A DNA stretch of 62,807 nucleotides, filler included, from Choristocarpus tenellus KU-1152 (Eukaryota > Protista > Phaeophyceae): assembly GCA_964200185.2 (NCBI GenBank). It is 11 parts of 11 records of this genome, joined end to end, with 100 filler letters (N's around TTAATTAATTAA, not from the genome) between each part and the next. Parts side by side here need not be neighbours in the genome. Positions count along the whole stretch, not along the records: positions 9,380 to 20,005 come from CAXNAD020002819.1; positions 20,106 to 23,134 come from CAXNAD020022827.1; positions 23,235 to 35,530 come from CAXNAD020001885.1; 8 more parts are not named here. One strand, written 5' to 3'. Under the pieces are notes generated by a model. The model worked only from the letters and a program-made list of their open reading frames with translations. It made no database searches and had not been told where the DNA came from. The position numbers and the translations under genes were made by a program. Shown piece by piece: positions 11,746-25,449 of this stretch (position 1 is the stretch's first letter; every line of letters starts with the position of its first letter).

Positions 11746-14700
11746 AACATGTGATGTCAGCACATTATTGAGAGAAGGACAGTCTCATGTCACACACCAC
11801 CACTCTGTCAACCAGCAACAATTTGATCCCTCTCTTCAAAGCACCAAGGAGTGCAATGACTGCAGCTGTTATCAACAAAAGATTCAACAAACACAGCACC
11901 ATACCAACAGCACCAACAATGAGGCCTATAGTGTCCTAGAGGGGGGTAAGGCATTCACTTGGGTCTTTACGACCCTGTAGTGATATTCTTGTGGTATGAG
12001 CAAATGTGTCAAATGTAAGGGCAATTTCCTTTATCTAAACACACCCACCTTTTCTGTCCCCCTGCCTGGACCAAATCTGAAGGAGAATCATTTGCAAAAC
12101 AGCCATCAAACTGCAATGCTTTTACAAAGCACTATCAAGTCTCAAATAGACAACCTGGGCTAACCCCCCATCCCTCCTTTCTAGGATATCATGGGCCAGA
12201 ATCACATGCTTTTCTCCTGTATACACCCAGATACAATAAAGGCAGTGCCCCTCACACATCCCCTCCCTCCAATCTCTCCAATAGAGGCCACTGCTGTGAC
12301 GGACAACTCAAGACCCAGAATAGCACACCCTTCACATGCCTCGCCAGGCTTTGTGCCCTACTCCCTTACCATCCTTGCTCTCAAGTTCTTCCCGTAGCCA
12401 CCTGTTCTGCTCCTGTAGCCATTCAACGCTCTCTTCTTCCTCTTCCTCCTCTTCATCAATGTTATCGTCTTCAACCTCTTCAACCTCTTCAACCACCTCA
12501 CTGTTCTCTAGGTCCAACACCTCTGAGACGGTATCCTCCCCCTGATTAACAGCATAAAAAATAGGTAACATGGGCACTCTACTCTTAAGTAGGTATTACC
12601 TACGCCAAACAGCCCCTCACACATGTAAGAACATCACATTTCAGGTTTTCTCCCTCTGTACACACCTGCTATGCACCTACACCTCACCTCTGGTGTATGA
12701 ACATGAAACCCATGCATGTGCAATCACCTTGCTGAAGGAAAGGGTTTACAATAATATAGAAAGGCATTGCCCGCATCCAACGTCAGATTTTTTTTCTTAC
12801 ATCCTACCTATATACCTACAAACATTGGTAGCAAGTGCAGTACAGCACAGTTATTCAACAAGTGACAGAGAAGTGGCCTGTGAAGTTGATTTCCTCTGGT
12901 GTCTTTGAATCTTTGGGTGGACCTTCTGGATTTGGTTGATTCGAGCTATTAGTGCATTCAAACAAAGCGAGCCAGCAAATAACTCACTCACCATATGCAA
13001 CAAAAACAAACACATCGCCACACACACCAGTGTAGTCATCTCTCTTGTGCACTATTAGTATGGGTGAGGAGATGAGTTGTGGAAATTACTGTGTATAAAG
13101 CAAAGCATATTAAAGAAAAGTGAGTCTGGGACATGTAATGAGGCTGAGGTGGATCAGAAAAAGATGCATACTCAGACCTCTTGACAACAGTGACCTTACA
13201 CATGATGGTGACCCTCAGGTAATCCTTGGACCTACCCACCCAATGAGGTCAATTCAGAATCACCAAGGAAAATTCTCACACAAGGTAAGACAAGAACATA
13301 GCACAGGGGGAAAGCAGCAGCCAAAAGCCCCCCCCCTGTTAAAAGTCAAGTATGATCACTGCATCCTAAACAATAACTGGCCAAAACCTTACATGGTGAA
13401 AGAGGGTTGTTCATGGAGATGGGGCAGGTGAGGAGGGAGTTAGAGTTATGGGCAAAGGAGTGTATCAGATATCGTATTTCACATAAAGGGTATTTTTGTC
13501 ACCAAAGAAGCTTGTGAAGGGGATCTTGCTTCCTCCATTGTCTTGAAAGAGGTCCTGAATGAGCCTAGCTTTGACCCTTGCTTCACTAACCGCAGAGCAG
13601 GGCTGGGGGAAGCCAAAAAGGATCCTGAAGAGCTGATGCTACTACGGCGACGCCGCAAGGAAATCTGACAAAAAGAGGATAGCAAGGGGAGGGCAGTACA
13701 TTGGTGCAATCAAATAGAAGGCAAGGGGTTGGAGGGGAGGGAGGTTATATACTTGCCTGTGACTGCTTGTAGCCAAAGAATTCTCAAGGGAGTCATATCC
13801 AAATATTGCATTTTAAAAAAATGCACTTGTGTCTTGGAGGAGTTGATGTATTTGTGTAAGAAGACCTTTAATGATATCAGCACCTGTGGGCTTGCACAGA
13901 AGCCCTTGCATAGGCAAAGAGACATCTCTTACTTATTGGAGACACTGGGGTTAACATGTTCAAGGAGGAAACTATTATCCGATAATATGGGATATAATTT
14001 TTGAAACACTTGAAAAATGGAACTACACTTAAATTTTAGTTCAACACGATCCAGTATATCCTTAACCAGGGCATCCTCTTACTTGCGAAGAAAACATTGG
14101 GCTGTGGAAGGGTGTACATTGCCTCAACATCCATCTGAGCATGCTGAGGCAACAAACACTATCACCAACTGGTGACGGGCAAATCCACAAGATTAGAGTG
14201 TCCCAGGCTTATCTTTTTTTTTGAGGCTGGTGAATTATTTCACCTTGGTGTTGTTGCACGAATACCTACATTCCTCTACACTGAGGTGCTTCTCATTACT
14301 GTGACAAAGACATCATTAACCCTGACCCTAACCTCAACCCTATGTATTTTTTGCTGAAGGGAGGAACAGGTATGTCGGGAGTGCCGAAAAACTCTCAAGG
14401 GGGCACAAATACAACACAGTACATAACAAGAAAGGGGTGTGGTTCATCCACCATCGGGATGCCTTCTATCCACACATAATTTTCCCCTCCCACACCATGC
14501 TTAACTTAACAAAAGCATATAACGGCAGCATTTACTAATCAATATCAACAGTAATTTGAAGTGTCCCAAGTTAAACACACACAGACGCACGAGTCTTGGA
14601 GCAAAAAAAGTATGAAACAGAATTTCTACTCACTCACAAAAAAACACTTACACCCTTGGATTTAGACTGAAGTGATCCTTACTCTGAGACTCAAAAGCAT

Positions 14701-17700
14701 GAGCTATCTAATAGAAATTTAATTCTTAGATCCAGCTGACTTCAGAAAAGACTTGACAAATATTGGCACTCTATAGTTGAGTCAGTGCGACTGACTGCAT
14801 AACTGCAAGGGGAATTATAGACACTACCAACACTTTTTTCCCTACACCATGAAATATAACTCTTGCACTATCACACAATCAACCAACCAGTTTCCTTTCA
14901 TACAGTGAAAATTGCTGGTTTTGATCAAGTTTCAAGAGGAGGATTCCTAAACATGGCCTTTCATGCTGCCTTAAACCTGTCTTAATTCGATCCATACTCT
15001 TGTAATATGAAATGCACAAGACAGTCAAAGGAGGAAAGAATCTCACACAGAATCTGCAACCGCCATAGCCACACTTTGAGAAATGCTCTAACAGGAAATT
15101 TGATGTGCAAACTTTGTTGCAACTTTGATCCAAAAAATGAAAATAGTGGAAAACGACATTTGAGAGTATTTTTTTCCCTCATGCTATGAATCCACATATA
15201 CAAACTTGTATAATGATTACACACTTGGAAGCCCTTTCTATCCAGTACTACCAGGATTTGACTTTTAATGTCGTTCTTAAGAGACATGTGTTAAGCCCTT
15301 CGTTGTTGCATCACAGTTCTTGAGTAAGCAACATTTCTGAGACAGGATAGTATACTACAAACAAAAAAAATCATTTCATTCGCAGCAAAATAAAAAGAAA
15401 ATCACAGAAAAGAGAGGGGGGACTTCTCTTACATCTGTAAGGCACACACTTCAACACCATAAGAGAGGACCGGAAGCCAATAGAGAGAGATGCCAGTGTT
15501 CAGGAGGGGCGGGGTGTTTTATTGATTAGATGGGACTATATCGTGACAACCAGATTATATACATCTGCCATCTGTCTGCCCGTCTTCATGATACAACTGC
15601 TCTGACTCTTGTCTTCATACCCTCGCTCTCATGCCCACAGCTCTTAGAAAAAAACACTGAAAAACAAAACAAGACCCCACAGATGGACAGGCTCTAACCA
15701 GCTCTACCTCGTCACCAACGGTGGCTCTCCTCCATATCACGTAACTGCTTTGCCACATTACACCTTGCATGTTCACATAAAGGGCACCGGCAATAACGCC
15801 ATGCATGCGCTTGCGCCGACTGCACAAACCTCCTATGTGATATCAACACCTCGTCTTGCACCGGCTCCAAACAGTTTGCTCTACTATGATTACGCTTGAG
15901 CCTGATCTTCAGTCTCGCATATCTGTGCGCCACCTTGCATTTCTTGTGCTTCAACAACTGCTTTGCACCACTGTACAATGATTTAATATGAAGTACGCAT
16001 TTTTGTACAGCAGTTGTGCACATAAAACGCTCCAGCTGCAATGTGGCTTCAAGCCGCAGAGGAAAAGCAGGTGGTTCTGCCTTGATATCGACAACTGTGA
16101 GATGCTCAGTGCCACACACAGTAGAACAAGAATACACACCCTCAAACCCCAACATCACTGCCATTGATTATCTCACCCTCAAGCACCAATGCCACATCAA
16201 TCATGCCACACAAGCTGGATCCTGATGCCTCTTGCCTCTCTGTCACATGCACATAGCACATACTGTGAGCAGGTTGGTCACTCTCCTAGGGACCAATTAT
16301 CTTTTAATGGCAATATGGCCACAATTATTTTTTATGTGAGGAGGCCAGGTCCTTTACCACGGATAAGTAAAGAGGATAGGGAGCTTCCATGCCCACGCTT
16401 GATGTGTAAAGATAAGACACCACCAATTGTAACCAGTGCTTAGTCAAAAACCTTGACAATTCTCCCTCAGGGACAATTCCCAGCAAACATAACTATCACT
16501 TTAAACATAAATTATATTCCCGTAGGGGCTGAATTGACTAGTTCGGTGACCTGCACTCCTACACCTACATAAGAATGTTTCAATTGGTTCAGCAAAGCCC
16601 CCCAAAAAAATGGAAATATGCCACTTTTGTGCCTTGTACAAATGGCTTGGCTGAGCACTACTGGGACTCTTTTACAAGGATCATTCACTACTGGAAGGCT
16701 TGCCTTTCATTCCATCACATCTTTCACCAACCCATCGCCCCGTTGTTTCAAATATTGCTGAGCATGATGGTTCCAGACCTTTCAACTACACAAAATACTT
16801 CTTCATGTCTGGTCATAAAAAAACCTACATAATTCAACAGTGCAAGCATCACAGTAGATCTGGAGGCCATCAGTTTGGACAAAAGGTTAAGGATGCCAAA
16901 CACTGCCCCCGCCAGCAAACAAGATGTTCACCTCTTTTGTCATTTGCTCGAGACATGCATGGGGTGCAAATATCAATTGTACTTCCATCTCCACCCTCTA
17001 CCCTTATAATATTCCATACACCACCGCCAGACCTCCCTCAACCCTTCTATCTCTCACCTTCTTCGCTGCCTGCAGCTCCAATTGTGCCTCAGTAACCGAC
17101 TCCCTCATGTGCAGCAGCTGCCGTTCTAAGATTTCATTCTTTGCCCTTAGTGCCCTTGCCTCCACCCCTGGCGTTGGTAGTCGATTGGCATCTCTTCCAT
17201 ACCATCCTGATCCAATGTCTATGCTCAGTCCTCCTGCCTCCCTTTCGTCTCCTTCCTCATCCACTGACCCCAGTGCCCCCCCCGCCGGATAACCATTGGA
17301 CAAACGCTTTCGCTCATCTCGGTCAGATACCTCGCGCTCAAGCTCCATTACACGGCGTGCCATCTCCTGAACTCCACATATAACCATTATCATTGCACAA
17401 GACGCCGAGGATGATACAGGGGAGGGTCAATTTAAAGCACAACAGTGTAAGCTTATGAGCATTATCATCTGCACAAAGACGGTACATTAGGATGGGAGAT
17501 TGAACAAAACGCTACAATTCCCGAAGTCGATGAAAAATGGTGTGATGCTGGAGCATAATCCACAGTCTTGGTTCTCTGTTGTCCTCTCGTTACCTGGATG
17601 CGGCGCCAAAGAGCTTCCTTCTCAGCCTCATGAACGTCCGCGTCTTCCTCCTTCTCATCGAGAAGCATCTTGCCTGGATAAGTAAGGAAGCTTTTTGTCA

Positions 17701-18102
17701 GGGGAGTGACTCTGATACATTGTGCAACGATCCACAGTCCACGACTCCCCGTTCAGATTTCGTGAAGACCACAAACCTTCACCGAGCGAAGTCAAAGATC
17801 AATATAATCTGCCATAGACCAAACCTAAATAGTGGTTCGCCCTCTATCAGAGCATACCAGACCAGACAAAGATTTCGCAAGTTGTCAAAGTCGGGCAAAC
17901 ATTAAATAAATGACGAAAATGTCACCTAACGTCACCCAGGGATACTCAAAGGACATCAATAACCCGATACTTGGCATTAGCCCCCACCTATGACAGCAGC
18001 AGAGCGAAGAGCTGATTCTTTTTCCTCCAACAGTGCTTGCAAGCGGGCAATCTCATCGGCTTCACCGATGCCTGACGAACTAACTTCCCCTGCCAAGGAC
18101 AT
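10023..18102 (-). CDS. Multi-exon coiled-coil protein with an N-terminal CC1-box-like motif (BICD/TRAK/Spindly-like); 3' end uncertain
   Basis: Phase-consistent GT-AG exons: 18102-17988 (ATG), 17673-17594, 17366-17058, 13664-13503, 12541-12370, 11632-11529, 11016-10969, 10105-10023. The spliced N-terminus reads MSLAGEVSSSGIGEADEIARLQALLEEKESALRSAAVIGKMLLDEKEE. The first three exons and the 12541/11632 pair are best supported. Confidence 0.7.
11712..11743. repeat. (TG)n microsatellite
   Basis: Seen directly. Confidence 0.95.
11923..12197. mobile_element. MITE family C (intronic)
   Basis: Imperfect TIRs GGCCTATAGTGTCCTAGA ... TCTAGGATATCATGGGCC with flanks TGA/AGA. An internal block (ccctgcctggaccaaatctgaagg...catcaaactg) is shared with 32021-32240. 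Confidence 0.6.
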
Positions 18103-19919
18103 AGTCTACGACTTGCCCTGGATGTAGAGAGCAAGTTTCATCGAGAAATTATATTTTAGTGACAAGCACGAAACATATCGCAGCAGTCCAATTTGAGTAA
18201 AAGAGTGTTTGTGCCTTCGTGTTCTCGGTGGAACCTCAAAATCGCGAAGTGGCACGGATCTCACTGAACTGTATTCACACATAGCACCTCGCACAACTTA
18301 CCACGACCAAGGCATGTTGTAGCTATACAACATAAGAGTCTTATTAATCGCTCCCTGTCGAGCATTTTATGTCAAGGGTCCAAAATGCAATACCACCATC
18401 CTCAAGACCGTTCTCAAGACCACTCCGAATACACTTTTCCAATTGAAATGCTCCATCAGGTAGACCTTGAGCTCTGACAACCTACAAGAAAGCGAATGAA
18501 GATATAAACAGACTTTTGGAATAAACATCTCAAATCTTCGGGATGCTATACCGATACATACCTTTTAAAATCAGGGTAGGGCAAACGTAATGTCTTCCTG
18601 CACGGGTGCTTAGTGTTGGGGTGTGATTGGAGTAGTTTTTTTTTTAGGTGACAGATGACATGACATGAGAAGATTATAAAGTAGGTGAATCATTTCATCA
18701 TACAACTTGCAGTCAAATTTCGAATATATCAAACAAAAAATATATATATCCACGAGCGAATAGACCGATATCTTCTTTTTACCTATTGATCGATCCTCCT
18801 TTTGAGAATTTATAAACGATCAAGTTACACGATTATTTGTAATATATATTATTTTTCACTGAAAATAGTTTATAATGGATTACCTCAGTCTAACACTATT
18901 ACGTGATATCTTTATAAACCATGATCGAGTAAAATGTACTTACATTGGTTTTTATACTCTGTAAAAGGGGGAAAAACTAATGAAAACTATTCACATGTCT
19001 GATTATTGAGGAAGTTTTGAGAGTTGTGGATATGAAATATATAGTATCCACGAGTAGAGTAGAATACTTCGATATTTACAAATACTATATACAAGAAGGT
19101 GTAAAGAAAACAGTTCGATGTATATTTTCCCTATTTATTTTTACATTTACTCTGCTAATGTCCCACAACAAGTTTGAGAAAAAGTCAAATATTACCGTTG
19201 AAGAAATAAATAAAGAGAGGTGGGAAAGGAGAGAGAACAAAAAAAAAATGGGTGAGAGGAGGAAAACACCCAATCAATACTTGGTTTGGACATGCTGTCT
19301 TAGAGTTCGAGTTGATGCGTATCCCTCTCATGTGTCATCCATCTACTGGAAAAAAGGCGAAAAGAACGTAATCGTGTGTCAGAATGCTTTCAATCACTAT
19401 GCCCATCCATATGCATCTCGATTCAATCTGAAACATCACTCACTCATCACATACCACACTAAAGAGGAAAGAGGGACGCAAGAAGAACACAATCAAACCC
19501 AAAGTGAAAGTGAGAGAAGCAACACCTAGGAAGGCGGGAATAGTAGTGATACTTTTGGATATAGAGGTATATATATATATATGTTTTTGTGCCCTGATCT
19601 TGGATCTGCTTGGGGTACACAATCACCTTCCGAAAGGTCCTCAAAAAGGGGGGGTCCGTTTACCTGTGATATATCACATAGCTGTTGTTGCTTTAGCATG
19701 ATATGCGTACATCACCTATCACAGCTTCCGTGCAATTGCCACTCACCTATTCACGAACTTCTTTGTGCTGTCAACAACACACACACTCGTTTGCACGCCT
19801 GTCCGTGCTGGTTTGTAGCCCCTCATACTCCATTCCTCAGCTGTGTGTGATCCCAAAACTTCTCAGACTCGTCTTACAGATGCATACACCATACCAGTTA
19901 TTGTATTCACGTTCCTTCA

Positions 19920-20005
19920 GAGCCAAAGTATCTTAGAGGGTAGAGCCGCGTCCATTTGGAGGTCAAAATACAAGGTTGTGATTTTGATGAGATTTTGGCT
20001 ATTGT
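19920..20005. mobile_element. MITE family A, partial copy at contig end
   Basis: Begins GAGCCAAAGTATCTTAGAGGGTAGAGCCGCGTCCATTTGG and is truncated by the spacer. Confidence 0.85.
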
Positions 20006-20463
20006 NNNNNNNNNNNNNNNNNNNNNNNNNNNNNNNNNNNNNNNNNNNNTTAATTAATTAANNNNNNNNNNNNNNNNNNNNNNNNNNNNNNNNNNNNNNN
20101 NNNNNCTGCCCCCTGCCAAAGCTCCATGACCCTCGGACTACACCAACAAGGCGTAGGGGGAAATTGGATGGATTACAGAATTAGAGGGTAAATGGATGGA
20201 AGAGCATGCGCTTCGGAACTCTTCTCATTCCTTGCATTGGTGAAAGTGGTCTAGGAAGAGGACGGGGGATGGGCTTCTGTATTTCTGGATGGTGAACACG
20301 AAAACCTCAGCAGATCAACACGCAATGTCTCTTTGTGTCAGGAACATGATTTGACACGTTCCACAAAAAAAAAAGTTTTAACTCCGATTTTAAACTCAAA
20401 ATAGAAAAATAAAATATAACACAACCCTCCACCTCTCTCAACTACACTCCTCCGACTGCACAC

Positions 20464-23014
20464 CTTGTGACTGTTGTTGCTTATCAACCCACTACTACTG
20501 ATACTACTGAGAACATGATTCCGGGAGAGGTCCACTAGCTCCTCAGCTTCGAGGTGACAGCGGAGAACAAAGCCAGTGAGGGATGCCAAGTGATCTGGAG
20601 TGCACCCTGCTGATGTGGACATAAAGGTTGTAGCAGATGGATCCTGGAAAAATGCATGTGGGGGGACGGGGGAAGGGGGAAGGGGGCGGGGGAAGAGGAC
20701 GAATTGCTGAAACAAAACAGAGCATGGTCCATCCAGCACCATCGTAACTAATATGTTCGAAATGAACAATCTGACAATCTGAAGGGAATTGCAGGCTGAA
20801 AAACATGGGAAACGTTGACAGCCTTCTCTAAAAAGAGAGATTCCAAATCTGGTCTTGAAATTTGGTAACCATAAAAAAATAGTAATAATAATAATAATAA
20901 TAATACACACATCGTGAGCTGCAATTCCCCCATATTTTTTCAAAATGACCTAAACCCTTACTAAAGTGATACACCTTGATCGGCGCATTCCACATCACTA
21001 CCAAGACGAATGGGGGGAGGGGGTGGGAAGGGAGGTACTTTGCTTTGTCAGTTCTGAGTTCTACTTCAGTTTTTTCAACCTTGTCCAAACAAGGTGAGGA
21101 GCCTTCAAAAGTAAGGTTATTGACAAGGACAAACCACTTACAAAATTTGAAAAAACAAAACATATACAACACACACATACAAAAATACACAAAACACAAA
21201 CAACACACACACACAAAACAAAACACACTCCACCGTTGCATGTTTGCTGACTGAGTGAATCAAACACACACACACAAACACACACAAACACACACAAACC
21301 AATGCAAAGTTAATAGGAGGCCTCAAACTCAACCCCACCTCTTTCTCAACAGCTTAGACTCATGTGGAGGTCAGTCTATCGACAAACACAGTACTTGCAT
21401 GCACCATCCATCTACACAAGCAGACACGCACAGTACCATATCACACTGGACCTACAGACACCCTAACCTTAACCCTAGCCCAAGCGAGAGGCTACGGGTT
21501 GCGCTACAGAGCGATTCAAACCTCAAACCTGGTTGTTTACAGCAAAAAAAGATATCGGAGTCTATCCCTCGAGAGAGGGTACCGTCGAACACAATTACCC
21601 ATCAAATCAAACGAGAAAGAGGTAAAACATTTTACACACTTTTTTTTTCTACTTTTAAAAAACTTTCATCTTAATAAAAAAAAACATTGTCTGTGGTCTA
21701 GCTCCTCACACTTTAAACCTACCAAATATTATATTTTATTGTATTATATACGAATATATATATACATATATATGTATCCTTGCAACGACCAACAAAATGT
21801 ATAAAAACATAAAAAACATAAACGCCTCTTTCTTTCAAAATCCTGCAAAAAAAAGAAGAGTGGCATCTGGGTCTCAATAGGTTTGATTCAAATCCGAGGT
21901 GAACAACATTGTAAAAAATAAAAAAATATTAAAGGATCAGCTCTGTGTGCCAGAATAATTCCTTTTTTTTAATATCCTGAGCCTACTGAGTTCAAAACTT
22001 GACATAGATCAACACTACTATTGATTGATACCTACAACAACCAAAATCTCCCTCCCCTCCCCCCCCCAAAAAATAAAATAAATATATATATAATAATAAA
22101 GTATGTGGAGATACAACAACACACACACAAAAACGCCTCACAGGTACTATAAATCAAACGGCAGAGGATGAGCAACCCACACGCAGTAGAGAAGTACCAA
22201 ACACACAACAATAAAAAAACAAGAACGGTCTCTCCATTTACCCCATTCCAAAGCACACATACACACACACACATACACATACACGTCTATGCATACGTAC
22301 ATAAACACACACCCCTCCCCCATAACACAGCCATGGCGTTTTGTTCTCTTCTTGGTGTATTCCACTATACTTATTCCACTATACTTATTCTACAAAATAG
22401 GAAGACAATGCGTACACTCAAAGAGGTACACTCAAAGAGGTACACTCAAAGAGGTACACTCAAAGAGGCGATGCGCCCACTTTCTCCTGGGACAACCATC
22501 TCTAGCCTTGCTTGGTTGATTTAAAAAAAAAAACGAACATAAAATATTCTTATTTCCCAGAGTGTACCTACCGCTCTCTTTCTCTCTCAAAAAAAAAACT
22601 CGCCTTCGGTCGGACTGCAGACGCCACCGCAGCAGAACCCACTATAAAAACCTGCAGCATGCGAGCCACCTGTGCCTGCATCATCTGATTGACATCACTA
22701 TCCTCCCCTCCACCTCCAACCCTGTTATCAGCCCCGTGGCCAGCCCCAGAGTCAACTCTGGCCCTGAGCAAGGAACCCCCTGCTCCGCCGGTTGCCCCAA
22801 CCCCCCCTGTGATTGAGGACCCTGTGGTCCCAATAAGGGATGGACGGCGGTCTGGGCGGCCACGGGAGCCAATTGCAACAGCTACAGTGGACGCCACAGA
22901 GCCAGAGCCAGTGCCTCCCGAAGCCCCAGTGGACCGAACAAGTGTGGGGAAGGGAGAGAGTAAATGGAGGAGGGGGGTGAAGGCCCCGGGCTCGGCAAAC
23001 GCTTGGCGCCAGTT
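20464..23014 (-). CDS. Two internal exons of a large uncharacterised, possibly helical-repeat protein
   Basis: Exon 23014-22604 (NWRQAFAEPGAFTPLLHLL...AVRPK, 137 codons, donor AAG|GCGAGT) and exon 20643-20464 (DPSATTF...NNSHK, 60 codons, tttttccag acceptor, GT donor). Both are phase 0. Confidence 0.55.
22412..22467. repeat. 14-bp minisatellite (GTACACTCAAAGAG)4
   Basis: Four exact units seen directly, inside the inferred intron. Confidence 0.95.
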
Positions 23015-23234
23015 CTGTTGTTCCAAGTGTTGTAGGTGGACAGCGGGATGCCATGAATGTTTTTCGAATGGGGGGGGGGGGAAAGGGGGAAAAGGTCAAT
23101 AAAATATTCCAAAGGTATTTGGGGGTATAGGTGGNNNNNNNNNNNNNNNNNNNNNNNNNNNNNNNNNNNNNNNNNNNNTTAATTAATTAANNNNNNNNNN
23201 NNNNNNNNNNNNNNNNNNNNNNNNNNNNNNNNNN

Positions 23235-23301
23235 GCCCGGTGATTCTCTTCGCCACCCTTGCCTGAGTGAACCACGCCGCCACAGAATCACACGATTCAC
23301 A
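23235..23301 (+). mobile_element. 3' end of an LTR (same family as the LTR at 41273-41675)
   Basis: Near-identical to 41610-41675 and ends ...GATTCACA. It is followed by non-PBS flank, so it is a 3' or solo LTR. Confidence 0.85.
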
Positions 23302-24554
23302 TTTTCCTCTCTAAAATATTTGGAGGAGGAAAGGACGAACATAGACACAAAAACCACACAAAACATATATAAACGTCTCTACGAGTGTGTAATAAGCCAT
23401 GGATATTATCACGTATTGAGACGGTGAGGATGGGTTCCTAGGAGATTTTGACGTCAACTTATCTACCAGATACACCCTTGAACATGTGGAAGATGATGAC
23501 CTCGAAGGATGAAAGGTCAGATGAAGACGCTAAACCTTCGCTTTGAAGGCAGGCAAATGAGTCATCAATGGTTAAGATGGGTCGCTTCCCGAAGGAAGAC
23601 CATCCTATGACGACCCACCGCTGCATAGATCTAAGTTTGGAGAGCGTAGCTAGTATGACAGTTGACACCTATTCAAAGCCCAGTCAGAACAAGGAGAGCA
23701 CAGAGGAATACACAGAAGGTTGATTATAGAAGTGAAGAAAGTGATGCGGGAAGTATGGACTAATTGGTCGTACACTTCTTATTCCATGGTGAACCGCTTC
23801 CTGTACCTCAAACCTGCCATATCTCTTCTCAAAAGCATTGGTGGTCACCCACAACATAGACATTTGAGTGGGAGGTAGTCAGTTGGATGAGGAATGATGT
23901 AGAACGGAATTTGGAAGCGCTTCTAGGAGGAATTAATGAAGTACGAAAGTCACCTATCGCCTGTCAAACCTGTTGACAAATATAGTATGCTCTAAACACC
24001 TTTCATGTAATGTACGACATTCATTACGCACACTAATTCCTTCCTCCTTCACATTTTTATCTAATTGCGATAGAGGATGGCAGGCAGAAAGTAGTCCAGT
24101 GCTGGATCCAAGCCCACATCCACGTACTATCCATCTTGAGCAGCAGGAGAAGACACGATTACACAAGGGTTTCGTAAGACCTTCCCTTGAAATATATGGA
24201 GGGAGTTCAGCTGGTGGTGATGGGATGTTAGAACACGCAGTCAATAAGCACATGCATGAAGCAGCATGTGCATGTAGACGTTGGTGCCATCAAAGGTTGC
24301 AGAAGAAGCCCCCAATAATTGATAAGGACACATGGATAGTGGGACTCGAGGTCAAAATTTCAGTCCCAGGCAAATTTGCCCGCCACATTTTGGTCGTTAC
24401 TGCTAAACAAGCAGAGTGAGACCACATATCCTCATCAGCTGAGAACATCTTGTCCTAAAAACGACCGGACCCCGCCCCTATTGTTTGCACCCAATACTTA
24501 TGATAGGAAAAATAAATGTCACACGTAGAACCACAAACTACAAGAAAAAGGAGA

Positions 24555-24735
24555 GGCTCAACATATCTGGAGGAGGGTGACGGCTGTCCATTCGGGGCCC
24601 ATTTTTACTTGTCCAAATTTTTGGGTGATGTGGTTGCATATGTCGGATATATAATATAAGTGCTCTTTATCTGGTTACAGCCCGAATGGACACCCTAGTG
24701 TAGACCCCTCCCCCCCCCCACAGATACTTTCGCCC
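24555..24735. mobile_element. MITE family B, full copy (~180 bp)
   Basis: GGCTCAACATATCTGG ... CAGATACTTTCGCCC with a 3-bp target-site duplication AGA. Confidence 0.75.
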
Positions 24736-25449
24736 AGAAAACGAAAAAGTAAAATCCAGTATTATACCTATTACATTTTATCGGAACACTACTCATCACA
24801 TGTACCACAAAAGAAAGAGGATGTGATATAGGCGATATGTTTTAAGAGGGGTTTTCATAAATTTCATTATGACCTTGAAATCCTACAATTTATTTATTTG
24901 TATTTCTTGACTATTTATTTATTAATAGATCATTACGAGGCCACACAAGATCGCAAGAAGAGCAGTCCATCCGAGAGGAAAGAGACACTGAGAAAAATAA
25001 CATTCAGCAGGTAGAATGAGTTAGTGCGCATGTGCCCTGTCCTGCTTGGGCTACCTAGCTGCTGGGATATACATCAGATATCTCAGTTCTCTAGCATGCC
25101 CCTTATTCATACAGCTCCTTGTTCCATCACCCACACACTAGTATTGCTTGTGTTGGTTGTTGCTACTATTGTGTACCATCCCTCAACATTGATCCCAACC
25201 TTCTCGACGTCGTTCTTGGAGTTGCTCACCATCGTGTGCAAGTGACCATATAAATAGGAATATTATTTCCCACACAGCCACCTCAATACTGTTATGAAGT
25301 CCTTACAAGGGCATCTTGGTATGACAGTGTTTGATCAGTGCGTTCCTGCTTGCGAAATACAATGCAACGTGTACGAGGAACTTGTAATAGTGCGAGTGAA
25401 GTTTCACACAGTGGACCTTGCATAGTGTTCCTATCACACAACAAATACT

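Noticed and set aside
15712-16164. 150-aa ORF with CPLC (possible LINE C-terminal zinc knuckle or other TE fragment) in an intron
   Set aside because: No RT/endonuclease motifs or complete CCHC were recognisable, so it cannot be classified without a search.
18950-19030. Short AT-rich similarities between ~18960, ~27230 and ~40640-40740
   Set aside because: Probably another dispersed repeat, but its boundaries and termini could not be defined by eye.
22412-22467. Direct repeats as a possible CRISPR array
   Set aside because: There are no spacers; it is a head-to-tail minisatellite in eukaryotic DNA.
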